Origin: Schmidtea polychroa
Lineage: Eukaryota
Direction: 5' to 3'
Length of the DNA stretch: 64,000 nucleotides
Assembly (NCBI GenBank): GCA_044892525.1
Contig: CM097885.1
Span: 25,298,001-25,362,000, forward strand
Translations under genes and position numbers: made by a program
In this document: positions 39,640 through 56,298 of the stretch, in pieces
How the letters are laid out: each line of letters begins with the position of its first letter
Numbering within the stretch: the first letter of the stretch is position 1
Notes under the pieces: model-generated
Database searches by the model: none
The model's input: the letters and a program-made list of their open reading frames with translations, nothing else
What the model was told of the DNA's origin: nothing

Positions 39640-39935
39640 TTTCTTCTTTTTCATATTCATTGCTCACAAAATAACCGATCCGAACAAATTCTTGATCTTT
39701 GTAAAATGCTACAAGTAAAACAGTAGTAACACCGACAATATGATCAACCAAGATTTTTGCTGGACTTGGAGCATTAGTATCAAGAACAAAATCATGATGA
39801 CCAACAGGAGTTGGTCCAACTAATACTGAGTCAAGGACTTGATCTAAATCTGCATTATAGGCACTGATGACATAAATTAACTTCCATTCCAAATCATCTT
39901 CTAAGCTTTCAAGACATTCGAATATAACTTCAAAT
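39640..39935 (-). pseudogene. ASF1: ASF1 histone chaperone copy, truncated at both ends, intronless over the preserved part
   Basis: FEVIFECLESLEDDLEWKLIYVISA...DQVLDSVLVGPTPVGHHDFV...APSPAKI...VGVTTVLL...YKDQEFVRIGYFVSNEY matches ASF1 residues ~24-120. N-terminus is replaced by mariner sequence, similarity ends after EYEKEEM, and conserved YVGSA reads YVISA. Confidence 0.88.
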
Positions 39936-40844
39936 GTTTCAAAATAAGTTTTTCGAATTTCGTCCTGGAATAACTTATGTAAAGATAATGAGCGTTCTGT
40001 TAGACCATCAGCAGTTGATGATGATCAGATGAATACATTAATTGAAAACGATATACCACACGGGAAATTGCAGAAAAGGTCAACGTATCTCAAAACCGAT
40101 TTACAAGCTCTTGGTTACCTGAATTATTACGATATTTGGCTACCTCACAATTTAACTAAAAAGAACTTAATAGACCGCGTGTCTATTTGTGAAACGGTGC
40201 CGATCCTCAAACAAATGATAACAGGTGATGAAAAGTGGGATGTTTATCATAATGTAGAACGCAAAAGGTCATGAGGAAAATGGGGTGAATCTTCACAAAC
40301 AACACCAAAGAAAAATATTTACTCAAAAAAGCCATGTTGTGTATATGGTGGGATTGGAAAGGAGTGGAATGTTACGAATTTCTTCCTCCGAACGAAACTA
40401 TAAATATCATTAAATACTTCTCCCAAATGGACTCTTTGAAGGCAGTAATCGATGAAAAGCGGTCAGAACTAGCCAATTGCTATTGCCTCATATCTCTTTA
40501 GCAACCTGGTAAAATTAAGTACAGTTTAGCTGGATGTTCTGCCTCATCTACATCATTCCCCCTACCCAGCACCTTCTGATTTTAATTTATTTCGATCTTT
40601 GCAAAATTATTTAAATGGAAAACCTTCCACATTTTTATAACTATGTAAAATGCATTTTGAATAAATTTTCTCACTGAAACCCAAAACCTTCTCTGAGGAT
40701 GAAAATGTTAATTGACCTGCAACATGGCAGAAAGTAACTGTACAAAACGGTGAATATACAATTCAATAAAATTACTTCTTCATTAACTTTTATTTCAGTT
40801 TTCTTTACTCAAAAATACGAAAATACTTTTTACTCAATCCATTA
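39936..40844 (+). mobile_element. Degenerate mariner element, 5'-truncated
   Basis: RPSAVDDD, WLPHNLT, ITGDEKW..YHNVERKRS, MLCIWWDWKG and APSDFNLFRSLQN, with many stops and frameshifts. 3' TIR-like AAATACTTTTTACTCAATCCAT followed by TA at ~40844. Confidence 0.88.
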
Positions 40845-41687
40845 ACTTTGATTTTTATATTTTTTAATAAAGTGTAACATCTTGGACTTTTTGATATCAA
40901 CAAGATATTAATGGGAAAGTTGAAACTATTCCAAGTAGAATCCTTTATTATCAAATCTATGTATACCTCACAGAAGAATAAATTATAAAGTAATAATATG
41001 ATTTACAGCATATAGAAAAAAGGTTACAGTTACAGTTCACTAATAGCCCACATTTATCCTCTTTCTGATGACAGCATCACGTTTAATGACCCTCATTCAG
41101 AAGGTTTCCCATAAATACTGTTACCAATTTATGGGAGTTGAGTCACCTGATCAAACGTTAGAATATATAGATTATACGATCAACATGTAAGCTGTAAAAC
41201 ATTAAATACTTTTGCAGTTAAATACTTTCAAAAGTGTTTCAAAGACTTTATACTTCACTTTCTTTCTATTAATTCATTCTGGACGGTTGGCTGAATGCGA
41301 TAGGAAAATTGTCGACAGGAGTCAGAAAAACCTGTACTGCCTTTCAAAGTTTTGTCATTATTTTTTCATTTTGGATTTTGTGTAACCGATGTTAGGAGAA
41401 CTTTCATACAGATAAAAAAACCATAACTTATTATATTTTAAGTTTCCTGTAAAACAACCGAAGCACTAGGACGTATTTAGTACGTCAATATACTGAATAC
41501 GCTATCCAGATTTTGCATATGATTGCAAACAGACTATGAAACTCTTTGATAAAAATTTGTGACATTTTTGAAAATTAGGTCCCATGCCCAAGACAAGAAA
41601 ATAGTATAAAGTCAAATTAAAGTTACAATGTAAAATTCGTACAATGCTCAGCAAAAGTTTAAGAGTAGGATACATTCTTGACAAATT

Positions 41688-41944
<257 letters not shown>

Positions 41945-44900
41945 GATGAAGCATTTCTTACGTTACATTACATGGATACCAAACCACAAAAAATAATGAC
42001 GCAACATTTCCCATAGACAACAAGAAATAGAAAGTAAATGTGAAAATAAACAAAAAATCTGTTAAAAGTTATGACGTAATTAAAAATACTTTTGCAAAAT
42101 ATAATAAATTAAATTAAAAATTAATTCGGGCCAAAAAGAAAAAAATAAAGAGGGGAAAATTTGTCATAAATAAATACCAACTAGTTGAAATTTCTTCTCT
42201 AATTAAAATATAATACCTTTTATAATTAAAAAAAAATTTCTCAAAATTTTTTTCTCCTTGTCTGCCATTTGACTGTGTGTATGAAAGTTTGTCTATAATA
42301 AATATATTTTTTTTAAAACTAAAACTCTGATAACGAAAACTATCTCAGTCTTCTCATCTTGGTTGATAAAAAAAAAGAAAAAAAAGATGAAATTTTTTTT
42401 TAGAAAATTATTAACGTTCCTGGGTTGATTTGGTTTGTCATAAGAAATATCAAACCAAATCATTGTCAAAAATAAATTGTCAATGAAAGTAAAAGTTTAA
42501 CTTATAGAATTTTTCTCGGTTTTAATTGGTTGTTTTAATTTGTCAGAATTTTTGTTGATATTTCGCTTAATTGATTGAAACGCAGTTTGTGTACGATTCT
42601 ATCAAATTTTGCGAAAATTCATTAAAGCAAAATTATCCCAATCAAATTATCTTTTGCAGTGATATACTTTTTGTGTTGGAAAAAGAATTTTTTTTCACTG
42701 AAATTTGATAATGAATGTGAAAAGTTGACAAATAACCAACCAGAATTGATCTCTTGCTAGTTTGTGTTACATAATAGTTTTTTTTATACAACTACTTGTA
42801 GTTTTGTGGCCTTTTAAACAATCAACTGATTATTCTACACAAATTGATTTTTGCAGCATGAATCTGGTAAATTTTTGATTTTTATTTATTTGCATTGAAT
42901 TTTTAAAAAAAACTTTTTAAATTTTTAAAAATTAAAAATCTGATTTTTAAATTGATATTTTTGATAAAAATTTACTAAAAATTCCATAATTGCTGTTATT
43001 ACTTGTTTTAGAATTTTTTATTCATTAAATATTTAAGACGATCTTTTTTTAAAAGTAAAAACATTTTCAAAAAAAATTTATACGAATTATTTTTTATTAA
43101 TTTTCTACCAATAAAAAATGAAATATTAATCCTATAAAAACTTTTGAAAAATTATGTTTTAATATAGTTAACTATAATTTTTGATTTTGATTATATTTAA
43201 AATTTTATGAATATAATTTCTTTTTTCATGAAATATGTTTAAATATTTTTTTTAATTAAGAATATTTACATTATGATCATTAATTTTTTGTCATTCAAAA
43301 ATAAAATAAATGAGTCTTATAATAGATGTCGTATTATATATTTATTTTGTATAGTTTATTGTCAGCCAACTCAACAGGTTAAAAGAGAATTAATAATCCC
43401 ATTGAAATATAATTTTAGTTTTTAAATAATATTTTTCAACCCCCTCTAATCTCACCATAAAAAAAGAAAGAATTCTATTCATTTCTTTAATTCATAACTG
43501 TAAGTAAAATTTAATATTTTTACTCCCACTTTTCTTTATTTCCAAATGACAAGAAATCACTAGATGAAGGCTATAAGAAAAATCACAAAACTTTGGAAAA
43601 ACCCCTTTTCAAATAGTAGCCTACTTAGGGATACCCGTTATTAAGAATATTACCGTCTATTCTCAAAGACATTTTATTTCAAATTTCATTAATAAAAAAT
43701 TTCTAAATAATTAATTAGTTAATTAATTAAAACAATCATGCAGTCAAAAAAATGAGGAAATTTATGTTTTATAAATATTTTATATTATAAAGTATATATA
43801 TATATATATATATTAAAACAATTAAAAATTAATTGTTACAATGACATGTTTATTTTAAATTTATTTGAAAAAAAAATTTTCTCTTTGGAATGAGGTATTT
43901 ATTTAGCCAATTTCGTCTTGTATAGGCAATTCATCTTTTATTGTCAATCCTATAATAGCAAGACCAAACGTCCGATTGTGAAGGTGTATTACGGAATGAA
44001 CCTCTTTCCACCAATAGCTGACTATATGTAGCCGTATCCAATCATAAATATGAATCAAACCACATTGCTACCCTTATAATGTTTACTCTTAAATTTCTTA
44101 ATTATAATCCTTTATTATCAGTCGACTATGATCAGCCAAGAACGAATGCTAGGAATGTAATAAATTTGTAAAACAATAATAACAGCTTGTTAATATTTAT
44201 AGTAATTTTCTTAGGTCGTTCTTAGGAAATGATAATAGTTCAAATATTTATTTGAATATTGTCTTCGAGGATATCGGTAAAATTGATGGAATCCGTTTGG
44301 CTTCAATTCTTAATAAACCCCCTGTAACCCCTTGTCTTCTTACTAATATCCTATTAATGATTAAGTATTAATTATTAAGTAATTTCTTCTATCTTCTCAT
44401 GCCGCCATTAGCTATAAAACAATGAGAAATTATAAACTTTTATTTAATATTTTGATATATTTGTGACATCCAAAAAGCTTTACAACAAAGGTCCATGAAA
44501 TCATATTTTTCAAAGCCAAATCAAAATGTCTTTGTTTTGTTAGCATCCCATGCAATTTTTTCATTTAAAAGTAAAAATAATGTTAAAATTCCATGAATTT
44601 GATTCTGATAAAACGAAGGATAAATAAGAAATATGGGATCAAATAAAGAGATTTCTCAACGGGAATTTCTATTCGAAAACCAAAAATTATAAAAGGCCTA
44701 CGTATTATTGAGATAAGATATTTTCTTTTGAAAATGTCAGAAAAGTGCTCACAAAATCATCATGAGTTGCGTTGAAATATATGATGCTGACTAATAGCCA
44801 ACGGATCAAGCTTCATTGATAGACATTATTCAGTTCTCAAAAACTATTTCATAGGTGATGATTGAGTTTTACTGTTCATTGAGTGTTTTGCTCACAGAAC

Positions 44901-45084
44901 TGTCTGGCTCGATAAAAATGTGCACCTACCTGCACTCAAATTGATATGAAATAACAAGTTTGTGTCAGAATTTTCATCTGTGATTTACTATTACACAATG
45001 ATACTTTTTTCTAAAATTTTGTAACAAAATTAATTAGAACAAAATTGGAACTTCTCACATATGATGTTATCACTAAATAAAAAA

Positions 45085-45500
<416 letters not shown>

Positions 45501-45944
45501 TTTAAACTCACAATAATAAGAATAAAACAAAAAGACCGTTGAATAATTTTGACTGAAATTTGCATCAAAGGCTCAGCAGCACATTTAATGGGCAATATAA
45601 AGCTTGCAAACATTGATAATTGGAAAATAAGTTTTGCTTTAATATGATTGAAAATTTTCCAATTTTAATTCTGTCAGTAATAGAAGGAAAGAATTAGGAA
45701 ATTTGTCAATTCATTTTTACGCTCGATATGAATCATATAAAAATGAAAAATATTATTATAATTTTACTCCACAAAATCTTTATTAAATAAATAAATATTT
45801 AAATGAATAAATAAATAAATAATACAAAAATAAATCAATAATAAATAGAGAAATAGCTAAAATAAATAAGTAAGTAATTAAAAAATTAATAAATATGAAA
45901 ATTTATTTCCAAAGTAATATATAAAATTTACCAATAGTAAAAAT

Positions 45945-46028
<84 letters not shown>

Positions 46029-46248
46029 TAATAATAATTATTTTATTCAAGTTTGAAATTAATAATTTTATTATTGTCAATATTGTCCGTTTAGTCAAGA
46101 TGATCCCTTTTGATTGTATTAATCTTGGACAGCTGAAATAACTCCCCGCTCTGATCGACACCGACTGAGCCTTATTATATTTCCAGAAATTTACATAAAA
46201 TAAATTAAATTTATTGGTTTTCTATTAAAATAAAATGAATTAATTTTA

Positions 46249-46350
<102 letters not shown>

Positions 46351-49300
46351 AGTTATTAGTTATAATTTCCATAGTTACAATAGAATATATATAGACAATT
46401 ATATATATATATTATTACATCATAATAAAAAAAATACAATACCTTCAATAAGGTTGAGAACACAATTAAAACCTTTATAAATGAGTGTTCAATTTGTACA
46501 TTTCACGTTTGAGTTCAGAGTTATTTCACTAAAATGGCCATTATTCATTAATGTGGTAGTTCTAACTGGCGGTGTTCATTAGAATAGACACAAAATGATT
46601 CATAAAATGTTTTTTTGGTATCTATTTGTTTTATTTTATTTACATTTCACAGATCTCATGCCTCCGACGGTCATTAGTAGGTTCTCAGATTGAATGGAAA
46701 TAGATTACATTGGTATTTACAAATAGACATTGCTGTTGATACAAATTATTTTATCCGCTAATTTGCATTTATATATGGTATCACGTTTTCATTTTATACA
46801 CAGCTTTATTCGTTATTAAAGGCACACCAGACCTTCAAAGGTTTACAATAGATGCCAAATTATTTTACAATATTAATTTACTTCATTAAATTGATTTTAA
46901 TAACACTCATTGTTTATTGTGTAGAATCAGACAGTGAATCCTTAGTCCAAAGCACAGTTGCCATTCATCTCTCTTTATTTTGTAAAAAGTGCAATGCGCC
47001 TTTTCATAGAGCCTGGATACATAACACCGGTATTGAATTACTCAATAGGAAATTGTAACCCTTCACATACTTCTTCATTTTATGGTTATAATAACATCCT
47101 TTAATAACATACTATTTCTAAACAAGTTAAACCTTTTATCAGTCTAAAACTTTATCAAAACTTACAGTAGATTATATAAGACACTGTAAAACTCTAAATG
47201 CTTGCAGTTTCACTGTTTATTTATTGATGAGGTTTTTCAAGGATCTTCTGGATCATTTATCCAATCAAGTCTCTGAACCCTTCAAACAAATAAATGAACA
47301 ATATAAACAGTAAAGAAATTTATGGCATATCCTTTAATCCTTTCCTTTTGTTAACCGGCGATGCTGTAATGCTGTTTAGTCTTTTGTTTTAAACTTTAAT
47401 TATATTTATTTTATAATTATGTTTATTTATCTTTTTTTGTTTTACTCAACAAATGATTTTCCGTAAAAAAATATAGTCCTTAAATATAAAAACATTTACT
47501 TTAAATCAACCATTTGTTCTATTGTCAATTCAAACAAAAGTCTGTTATTAGGTATTTGTAAAAATATATTATTCTAAAAATATTACAAACAAGAAAATTA
47601 ATACATTTATTATTTAAAAAAAGTTTTAAAAATTATGAAATAAAAAATTATTTAAAACAAGATTATTTTTTAGTATATTTTTTATTAATAAATAACAAAG
47701 TTACCAAGAGTTTGTTTTAAAGGTTTAATAAAATAAATATTTCAAAAGATTAATTTTAAAGAATATATAAATATATAAATAAAATATATTGAAAATATTG
47801 AAAACAAATTTATATTAAAAAAATATATAAATTAAATTTTTGTTCAATCATGTTCATTATAACTTTGTAACTTGTATGCTGCTGTATTTATGTTGAATGT
47901 AATATAGACATTTAAATTTGGGGGGGGGGGAATTACCAATTTTCAGATTAGAAATTATAGCATAGCACTGGAAACTGCAAATAAAAAAGAAAACTACTTT
48001 CCCCTTTATTGCCAATGGATCAGTCGGCGGTAAAAAAAACGAAAAATGCGTGTTGAATTGGCGTCATATATTTGTAAAAAAAGGATAATAAAAAATTTGT
48101 AAGGAGTCTTGTGTTCGAATTTTGGAAATATACAAAATCACTGAAAATGAGAAATTCTACAAGACTCGGTTTATGTATTTTTTTTATGAATTTTGTAGTC
48201 GTCTATAAATAATTTTTTGCTTAATTTTGTAACATTTTTTTTGGTTTTGTCTTTTACATGATTTATTTTATCGGTCTTGTAAGGCGAATATTCAAAAAAA
48301 TTATTTAATTATTAATTATATTTAATTAGTATATTTATTATTATCAATGAATGATTGTAAAATGTGAAAAAAAAGATTATTTCCCCAACAATTTGGCTCA
48401 ATTTTTGAATTACATGTTCTTATTTTTTCACGGTGACCCCTTCATGATCATGGTGCAGTTCATTAGAATTATTTTAATCAGAAGAGTTAGAAAAATTCTT
48501 AGAAGTTGAGTTAACGCAGTTACCCGAAAAACTCAAATCAATGTCTGTGATAGAGTTTATAATAATAGAAGTAGTAAAGAATTACGATGAATGCAAACTC
48601 TTTTATTTTTTATATTTTAATTTCGTAATTTTATTTTGAAAAAAAAGTTATGATAAAATTAATTTATGCAAAGTATTGAAAAATAAATAAGCAAAACAAC
48701 TCAATTTTGTTAAGTTTTTATTAATTGTTAATTATTGTGTACGAGGAGTCATATTTGCAGTATTTTATATTCTTGTAAAGTTTGAGGCTGTGTTGAGCTC
48801 TCACACCATTTCCAAATTGAACCTACTGTAAGCAAATAATTTGTAAGTCACAATCAATTCTGAACTTTGTGTCGTATTATAGGAATTGTCAATATACCAA
48901 CGTGGAAAAAATTAATAAAGTTTATAAATTTGTTTTCAATTTTTATAGGTGTAAATAGATACAGATGCATAAATCCTGTGAATTTGACTAATAAGTATGT
49001 GTGCAGGCATTGGGTAGTTTTTCTGTTTATAGCAGATTGAATTTGAAAATGATGTAAAATATATATTGTTGTAATAAGGGATTACGAAAATTAATCCTGA
49101 CCTCGCTTCAACAAGTGACCTTAAATATGACCTTATATTTCACATAATTTTCATCTAATGATTATAAAATAATTATTTCATTATTAACGTTAATAATTTT
49201 ACGGCTGCATTTTTAGTATTTCAAGAATTAATTGTATCCATGGTAAAAATCGCGATTGAAAATAAATGAGTGATTTTAATTGAATCTAAATAAATTTATT

Positions 49301-49784
49301 TAATTACTTAAAACTATATTTAATTTTTACAATATTTTTTAAAATGTTATTTTGTAATAAAATCTTATTAAAATTTTTAAAAAAAATAAATGTATTATCT
49401 TTTTATATTATATTATTTTTTTGTAATATTTTACGAAACCAAAATAAATTTTCGTATTAGAACTGAAAAAAATTACATAAAATTTATACTAATAACAATT
49501 TTTAAAATATTTAATTATAAAAATTATTCATTATGAAATATATATAATTATTTATTATAAACTTTTTAATTAATAAGTAAATATGTTGGTAATTTAGAGA
49601 AAGTTAAAAGTTTTTTCACTGATTTCTTCGAAAGTGACAAGTTGAAGATTATTTTTGTAATTATGCATTTTATAAATATATGAACAAAATTAACAAAAGA
49701 GTTTCTTTATGTCTTTTATAATAATAATAAATCATTTTGAACAACTTAAAACTTTGACATTAGTCTCTATTATCAACAATTATG

Positions 49785-49885
49785 GATTAGCAATGCTGTC
49801 GATTGAAAATGGACAGCCAAAACAATTGATTACAGTGATATGATTGATGAATTTGCTACATAAAGAGCTAGAAAAATTTCTTAAT
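49785..49885 (+). mobile_element. hAT dimerization-domain fragment
   Basis: GLAMLSIEN...IDYSDMIDEFAT*RARK. Confidence 0.55.
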
Positions 49886-50939
49886 AATTTCTTAGTATTA
49901 TTTTTTTAATTAAAATCAATAAATATGAATTCAATAAAATGGACAAAATGGACAATTCTGTTCAACCATAATGCCCAACCCCCTACTGCTAATTTGAATA
50001 AAAAGAAAATGGGGAGATTAGTCAAAAAAAATTCCAACAACTCGAAAAATGCATAAAGAAATTTTGGACTAAATAAAATTTTCAAGAAACTGACGAAAAC
50101 GACATTTTATTTGTTTATTCAATTAAACAAAGTGTCAATACTTATATCAAAGTACGACATAACATTTGAAATGACCTAAGACCCCTAATGACTAATTTAA
50201 TATACAATGTAATTAAAATAATTAAATAAATTGAGAATAAATTTCAATTATAAGATTTTATAATATACTATTTTTGATAAAATAACTTTTAATTGACTAA
50301 AATTTAATAATATCACTATTGGGGATATAAAATTATAGATTCAAAGAATTATGTGCAAAGCAATTAAAATACAAAAATTTAACACAAAAATAATAAAATT
50401 GAAATGATGAATGAATTAAAAATGAATTAAAAATTACAAAAAATAAAATGTCGATGGTAATATATTACAAGGAAATTATCCTCATCATCAGTCTGCTATC
50501 ACAATCTCTATCAAAGTAATACTGAAACAATAATGACGTCATAGTTATGTTTTAATGAATTAATTAAATAATCTCAATAAATTCGTTGCTGATTGAATGT
50601 TAATTATAGGGGATTGTTATTTAATCACTGCTGCTTCACTTAAAATTCTTTCCCATTTATTATTATAGTTCTCAACAAATTAGAATTCTCATGTTTCGGT
50701 TATTTTCTATACCTATTATTATTAATTATCTTCAAGGTTTATCAATCTCAATTCATTCGCGTTAAGAAAATAAATAAAACTTTATTTTAACTTCCTCATC
50801 TTAACAAGCTGCTGTAAATTTGAGAATTTTGGTTACACGCTCTTTATAATTAATAGTGTAAGCAATTTTTAATTAATTAATCAATTATTTTTTTATTTTT
50901 GAAATGGTGGACCCTAGATACCCACAATTTAAATTTTTT

Positions 50940-51710
50940 GTATTTGTTACCTGTGTTCACTTCACGAGGAAAAATAATCTTGAATTCAAAAAGTTGGTAC
51001 TGATTGATGATGCGCCAGTGCACTCCTGTCATTTAGGACATCCAAACGGTCGAGTTGAATTTTGGCCACCCATTATGACATCTCTGATTCAATTACTAAA
51101 TCAGGGGATCATTTACACATTTAAGACAAATTACATTAAACGTGCATTAAAAAGAATATGCGACGATATAAATGAAACTATTACACTTTCAATTAGCCGG
51201 GTTTGGAAAAGCTTTAGTATTCGAAATTATCTGGATATAATCGCATTAGCAATTACCAGCTACTAAAAAAGATAATGGAAAGAAATCTGCCCTAGTATTG
51301 AACTTATAAACTTGGACATATTGTACCTTCAATACGAGGTGAGGGATTTGAGGATTTAGCTCTCATGCATTCTCAAAAAGATTGACAATCACGGGTTACT
51401 AATTTCTTGATACTGTCGACGGAACAGTACGGAAATGTAATAGAAAGCAGTAGTAATGATGACATTTAGCCAAAAAGAAAAGAGAAAACCCCCGTATCAA
51501 TATTTTCTTGTGATATTAATATTGAATAATACTTTTTATCTATCTGTTTCAATAAATGTTCAAAAGTAATAAGTACATATTTATTTCATTAATTTTTCTA
51601 AAAGAAAACCTATTCCCTCTTTTCCATACATTTCTACGTTTCGCTTTACACGATTTCGTTTAACACCGTGATCTAGCAGAACCAATTTTCCGTGTTAAGC
51701 GAAGGATATA
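50940..51710 (+). mobile_element. pogo/Tigger transposon 3' fragment
   Basis: KNNLEFKKLVLIDDAPVH...VEFWPPIMTSLIQLLNQGIIYTFKTNY (DDE_1 domain). Tigger-like subterminal motifs TTCGCTTTACACG and CGTGTTAAGCGA near 51640-51705. Confidence 0.75.
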
Positions 51711-52963
51711 TTTTATGTCTTTACAATAATTGCATAAATATTAATTAGTAGTTTGGAATTGGACATCGTTTCCCAATTGACCTCTGCACATGTTCAGGCC
51801 AACACAAGCCCCCTGATAGGAAAGTTTTTATTTTAACCAAAAATATATATTTAATTTCTCTTAACCCGCATATTTTTTCATGTAATATTTAACAAAATAA
51901 TTTTTATAATCTAAATTTTCTCAATGAGCAATCATTATTTCCATTAATAAAATACGTTAATAAAATATTTTATTAATTAAATTTTATTAATTAATTAATT
52001 AAATTTTATTAATTAAATTTAATTAATTAATTAATTAATTAATTGTAATTAATTTTGCTTATAACATTGCATTAACCTACTGACAACAAGGTTATTGCCT
52101 GGGTTTAATCGACGGTGTCAAGTAATTCATCTCTGTATCTAGGTCAACGCGGTTTTCACATAAAAGTTTCACGCTTTTATCAGGTCACCATTTACAATAT
52201 ATTTTTATTTTTCAATTAGAAATATTTAAATAAAAGTTCAATTAAAACAAAGAAAAAAATTGTCAAATTCTAAATTATACAATGCAAATGTAGGAATGCA
52301 TTATAAAAATGTTTTAAAATAGAGGAAAATATTATTTTTAAATATTTCATGATTTGCTGGGATATGAATAGTAGTTCAAAACCGACCAAAGTCCTTGGAA
52401 AGAAAACTTATTTGGAAGATATTTTACAAATCCTTGTTGGAATTTATTTAAATAAAAATACTAAAAACAAAACCGAAATTTTAAAGGACAATAAAAATAA
52501 GCTAATAGCTAAATATATACAAAGAATATTTCTATTTTCAGTAGAGGTCGGAAGAAACCCAGTAAAGAAATTAGACATGTATCATCAACAAAAAGACTTC
52601 AAAATTGATATCGAAATGCTTTTAATTATTTTGTCTCAAATTTCTGATTATATTTCACAAAACTAATTAAAATGGATGTTTAGTTAAAATATTTTTTGTT
52701 TAAATGAATTAGAAATCCGTTGGAAAACTGGCAAAACAAAATTATAGGCCGATTGAAACAGGTGTAAATTAATATATATTTTTTCATATAGTTATTTCTC
52801 ATGTCAAAATTTTGAACACGTTTTCCCCGAAAATTTACCCAATTGATCACTAGATAGGTACATTTTTTGATCTTTTTGATAAAAAATTAGATTGATTTAA
52901 ATATATTTTAATTTGAACTTTGATGATAAACTAATAATAATGGTAATAATAAAACTTATAATA

Positions 52964-53040
<77 letters not shown>

Positions 53041-55080
53041 TGCAAAGCTTTATAAATATAAAATTTGAGTGATTTTAATTTTTTAATTTTTTTAATTTTA
53101 ATTTAAATTTAAATTTAATACATTTGTCATAAATAAAAAATAATTTTGTAAAGAATTGTTTGTTTGGTATAATTTTAATTATTCATATACCATAAATCCA
53201 TCTCATAAATTGAAAACGAAAAGGAAAACATGTCAGAACGAGAAGATACAGTAAAACAATTTAATAAATTTAGTCAGTCAGTAAAAAATTGATAATTTCT
53301 GATATTTCTACATCCGTAATAGCAATTGTTTCAAGCGAAAAAACATCTGCAGCAGAGGAGGAATATTTCCTCCATTCCCTCAATCATTATGTACTGTTCC
53401 TAGAAATTAGGTTTGCGAATCCAATGTACAAATGGCGAGATTCTCTCCGAAACAATTTCAAAACAACTGTCACTCTGGCTGCGAGAATGAATCATTGTTA
53501 TTACAATCGCTGTCGTGTTAATCAAATTCAACGCATCATGCGACTTTACGCGTTGACTTTTTTTTTCAATATTTTTGTTTTTTTGATTTGATCGTTTTTT
53601 TATTACGTCGAGATTGACAGAATTTAGCTTTTATGGGGTTTTATTTATTCGGTTGCCACAACCGTGACTCAGGGATAAATAAATAATAAACATATTCGAG
53701 GAATATCGAATGAAAAGACTTAATCTCCTATAGGTGGAATGTCAAGTCTTAATAATTATCTATACAAGTGTCTTATGTGAAATATATAACCTAAGTTTTT
53801 ATACACCTGAAAGTTAAGGAGGCAACTAAGCATAGTAACAGGAAAGATATACTTTTCTCAATGATGACATTCGTGGAGAATCTTACGAGTAATATTAATT
53901 GATAAATTATACTACTTATAAATTCTAAATCCACTTGTAAATTCAATTAAATAAAAAAATGAATGTCTTTGATTGTAAAACTATATTTATTTCAAAATTA
54001 ATTGAATTTATTCAATTAGATTAGAAATACCTAATTAAAGAAGGCTAAACTTTCTTAAACTTACGGGCTGTTATTGTTTACAAAACCATTAGTTAATGCC
54101 AATGATATTGTAACAATGTTTACACAGAAATGACAAAGTTGGATATTTATAGTTCTTGAATTCTTTTATTCTTTAGCTTTAACTCTTTTTTCCATATCTC
54201 TCTGTTCCATTAATTTAATATCTCCTTTAATATTGAATTGTCAAAATAATCCCAAATCCATTTTTGTTGATAAATAAACAGTTATATAAACAAAAAATGC
54301 AAATAAAGCCAACCATATTAATTACGAAACTTGTCAAATAACTTAAAATAACAATTAGAATTTTTTATTATGAACTATTATATGAATTAATTTTTTAAAT
54401 ATATTTTGTTTAAATGCACAAATCAAATAAAAATAATAAATTTTCCCAAATAATATCAAAAATAAAATCAAATAAATATTTATTGAAAAATCAATTTTTA
54501 ACCGCTCAAAATCCATTGGAATATTTCTTGAATTTCAACTGAACCGGAATCGACTTGCTATTATTTATAATTATATTTTCCTCGTAAAAATTTAATAAAT
54601 AATAAAAATAATAATAATTTAGCCAATAAATTACGGAAAATAATATTTCAGATAATTAAAACAAAGATAAAACGAGTATTTGGTTAACTAATGATGATCT
54701 GTGCTAAATCAACAAATTTCGTACACAAATTTTACCAGAAGTATGATGACAACAACATTAAGATAATTACATTTTATTTTTTTAATATAGATCAATAATT
54801 TCTTTTTTATTTTTAATTTATTCCAATAATCTCTTTATTTCTTTTATAATTTTTATGCCATTTCAGTCGGTATTGAAAAATTTTATTTTGTTACTTAGGT
54901 GGATTTTCGTAAACTTTTAATAAGTGTCAATTTGATTCCCGGGAAAAATAAAATTTTAAAATATTATTTATTTATTTTGAAAAAATTTAATCTTTGACCG
55001 ATTTCATTCTCCTCTCAACATACATTGTAACAATATTTCAATCACCATACCTCCTTCCAAATATATATATTAGTAAAATA

Positions 55081-55320
<240 letters not shown>

Positions 55321-56110
55321 TAAAAATTTAGAATTTTGAAAAGATATTCATATTATTCAATGAAAATCGATTGAGTTAATTAAAACAACACCATTATTTA
55401 ATAAAATTCAATATAAAAATGAAAAATATATCGAAATGGAAACCAATATCAGTGCAATTGAACTGAATAGCTGAAGTTGAATTACGGGATTTACAATGAG
55501 TCCCACTCTAGTGAAAGTTAGGGAAAGAAATTCCAATTGAGAATCCTCTAGGAAATATAGCAGCACGATATTGATTTCATTAGAAAACAATGTCAATAAA
55601 TTGTCGTTTCTTCTTTTTTTTCGATTTTCACAGAAAAAGAAAAAAAAATCAATCGTAAAAGCAATAAAAAATATTTAAACTTCAATTCATTTTCCTTTAT
55701 TGCTGATAGAGAATATAATGGAAATATTGATTTGGTAACAATAATATCGATTAGGGAAATGTTATTTTTAAAAATTATTAATTAGTAATTGATTTTTTAT
55801 TCCATAATTTACAGTTCGAAAATTTGTTTTTCATATCAACTGATTTCTGTTGGAAAAATTAATTTAAATTTAATTTCTGTATATATATGTGTGTGTATGT
55901 ATTTTTAATTGTTATGCATTTTAATTAATAAACTTATTTTTTCATAGATAAAATCAATTATGTTTAATAAGATTTTCTATTAATTTTCTATAGTAATTAA
56001 GTAAGTAACAATAGCTTTTTTTGTTTTAATTATATAAATCAATATCTATCTATTTATAATTGTTAATTTATGCTGTTTCACTCATCGTAAAATAATTATT
56101 ATTTTACTAG

Positions 56111-56202
<92 letters not shown>

Positions 56203-56221
56203 CATTATTATTATTATTATA

Positions 56222-56298
<77 letters not shown>

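Noticed and set aside
53715..53756. TGGAATGTC miR-1-like seed in a small hairpin
   Set aside because: Stem is short and imperfect and the loop is too small for a pre-miRNA.
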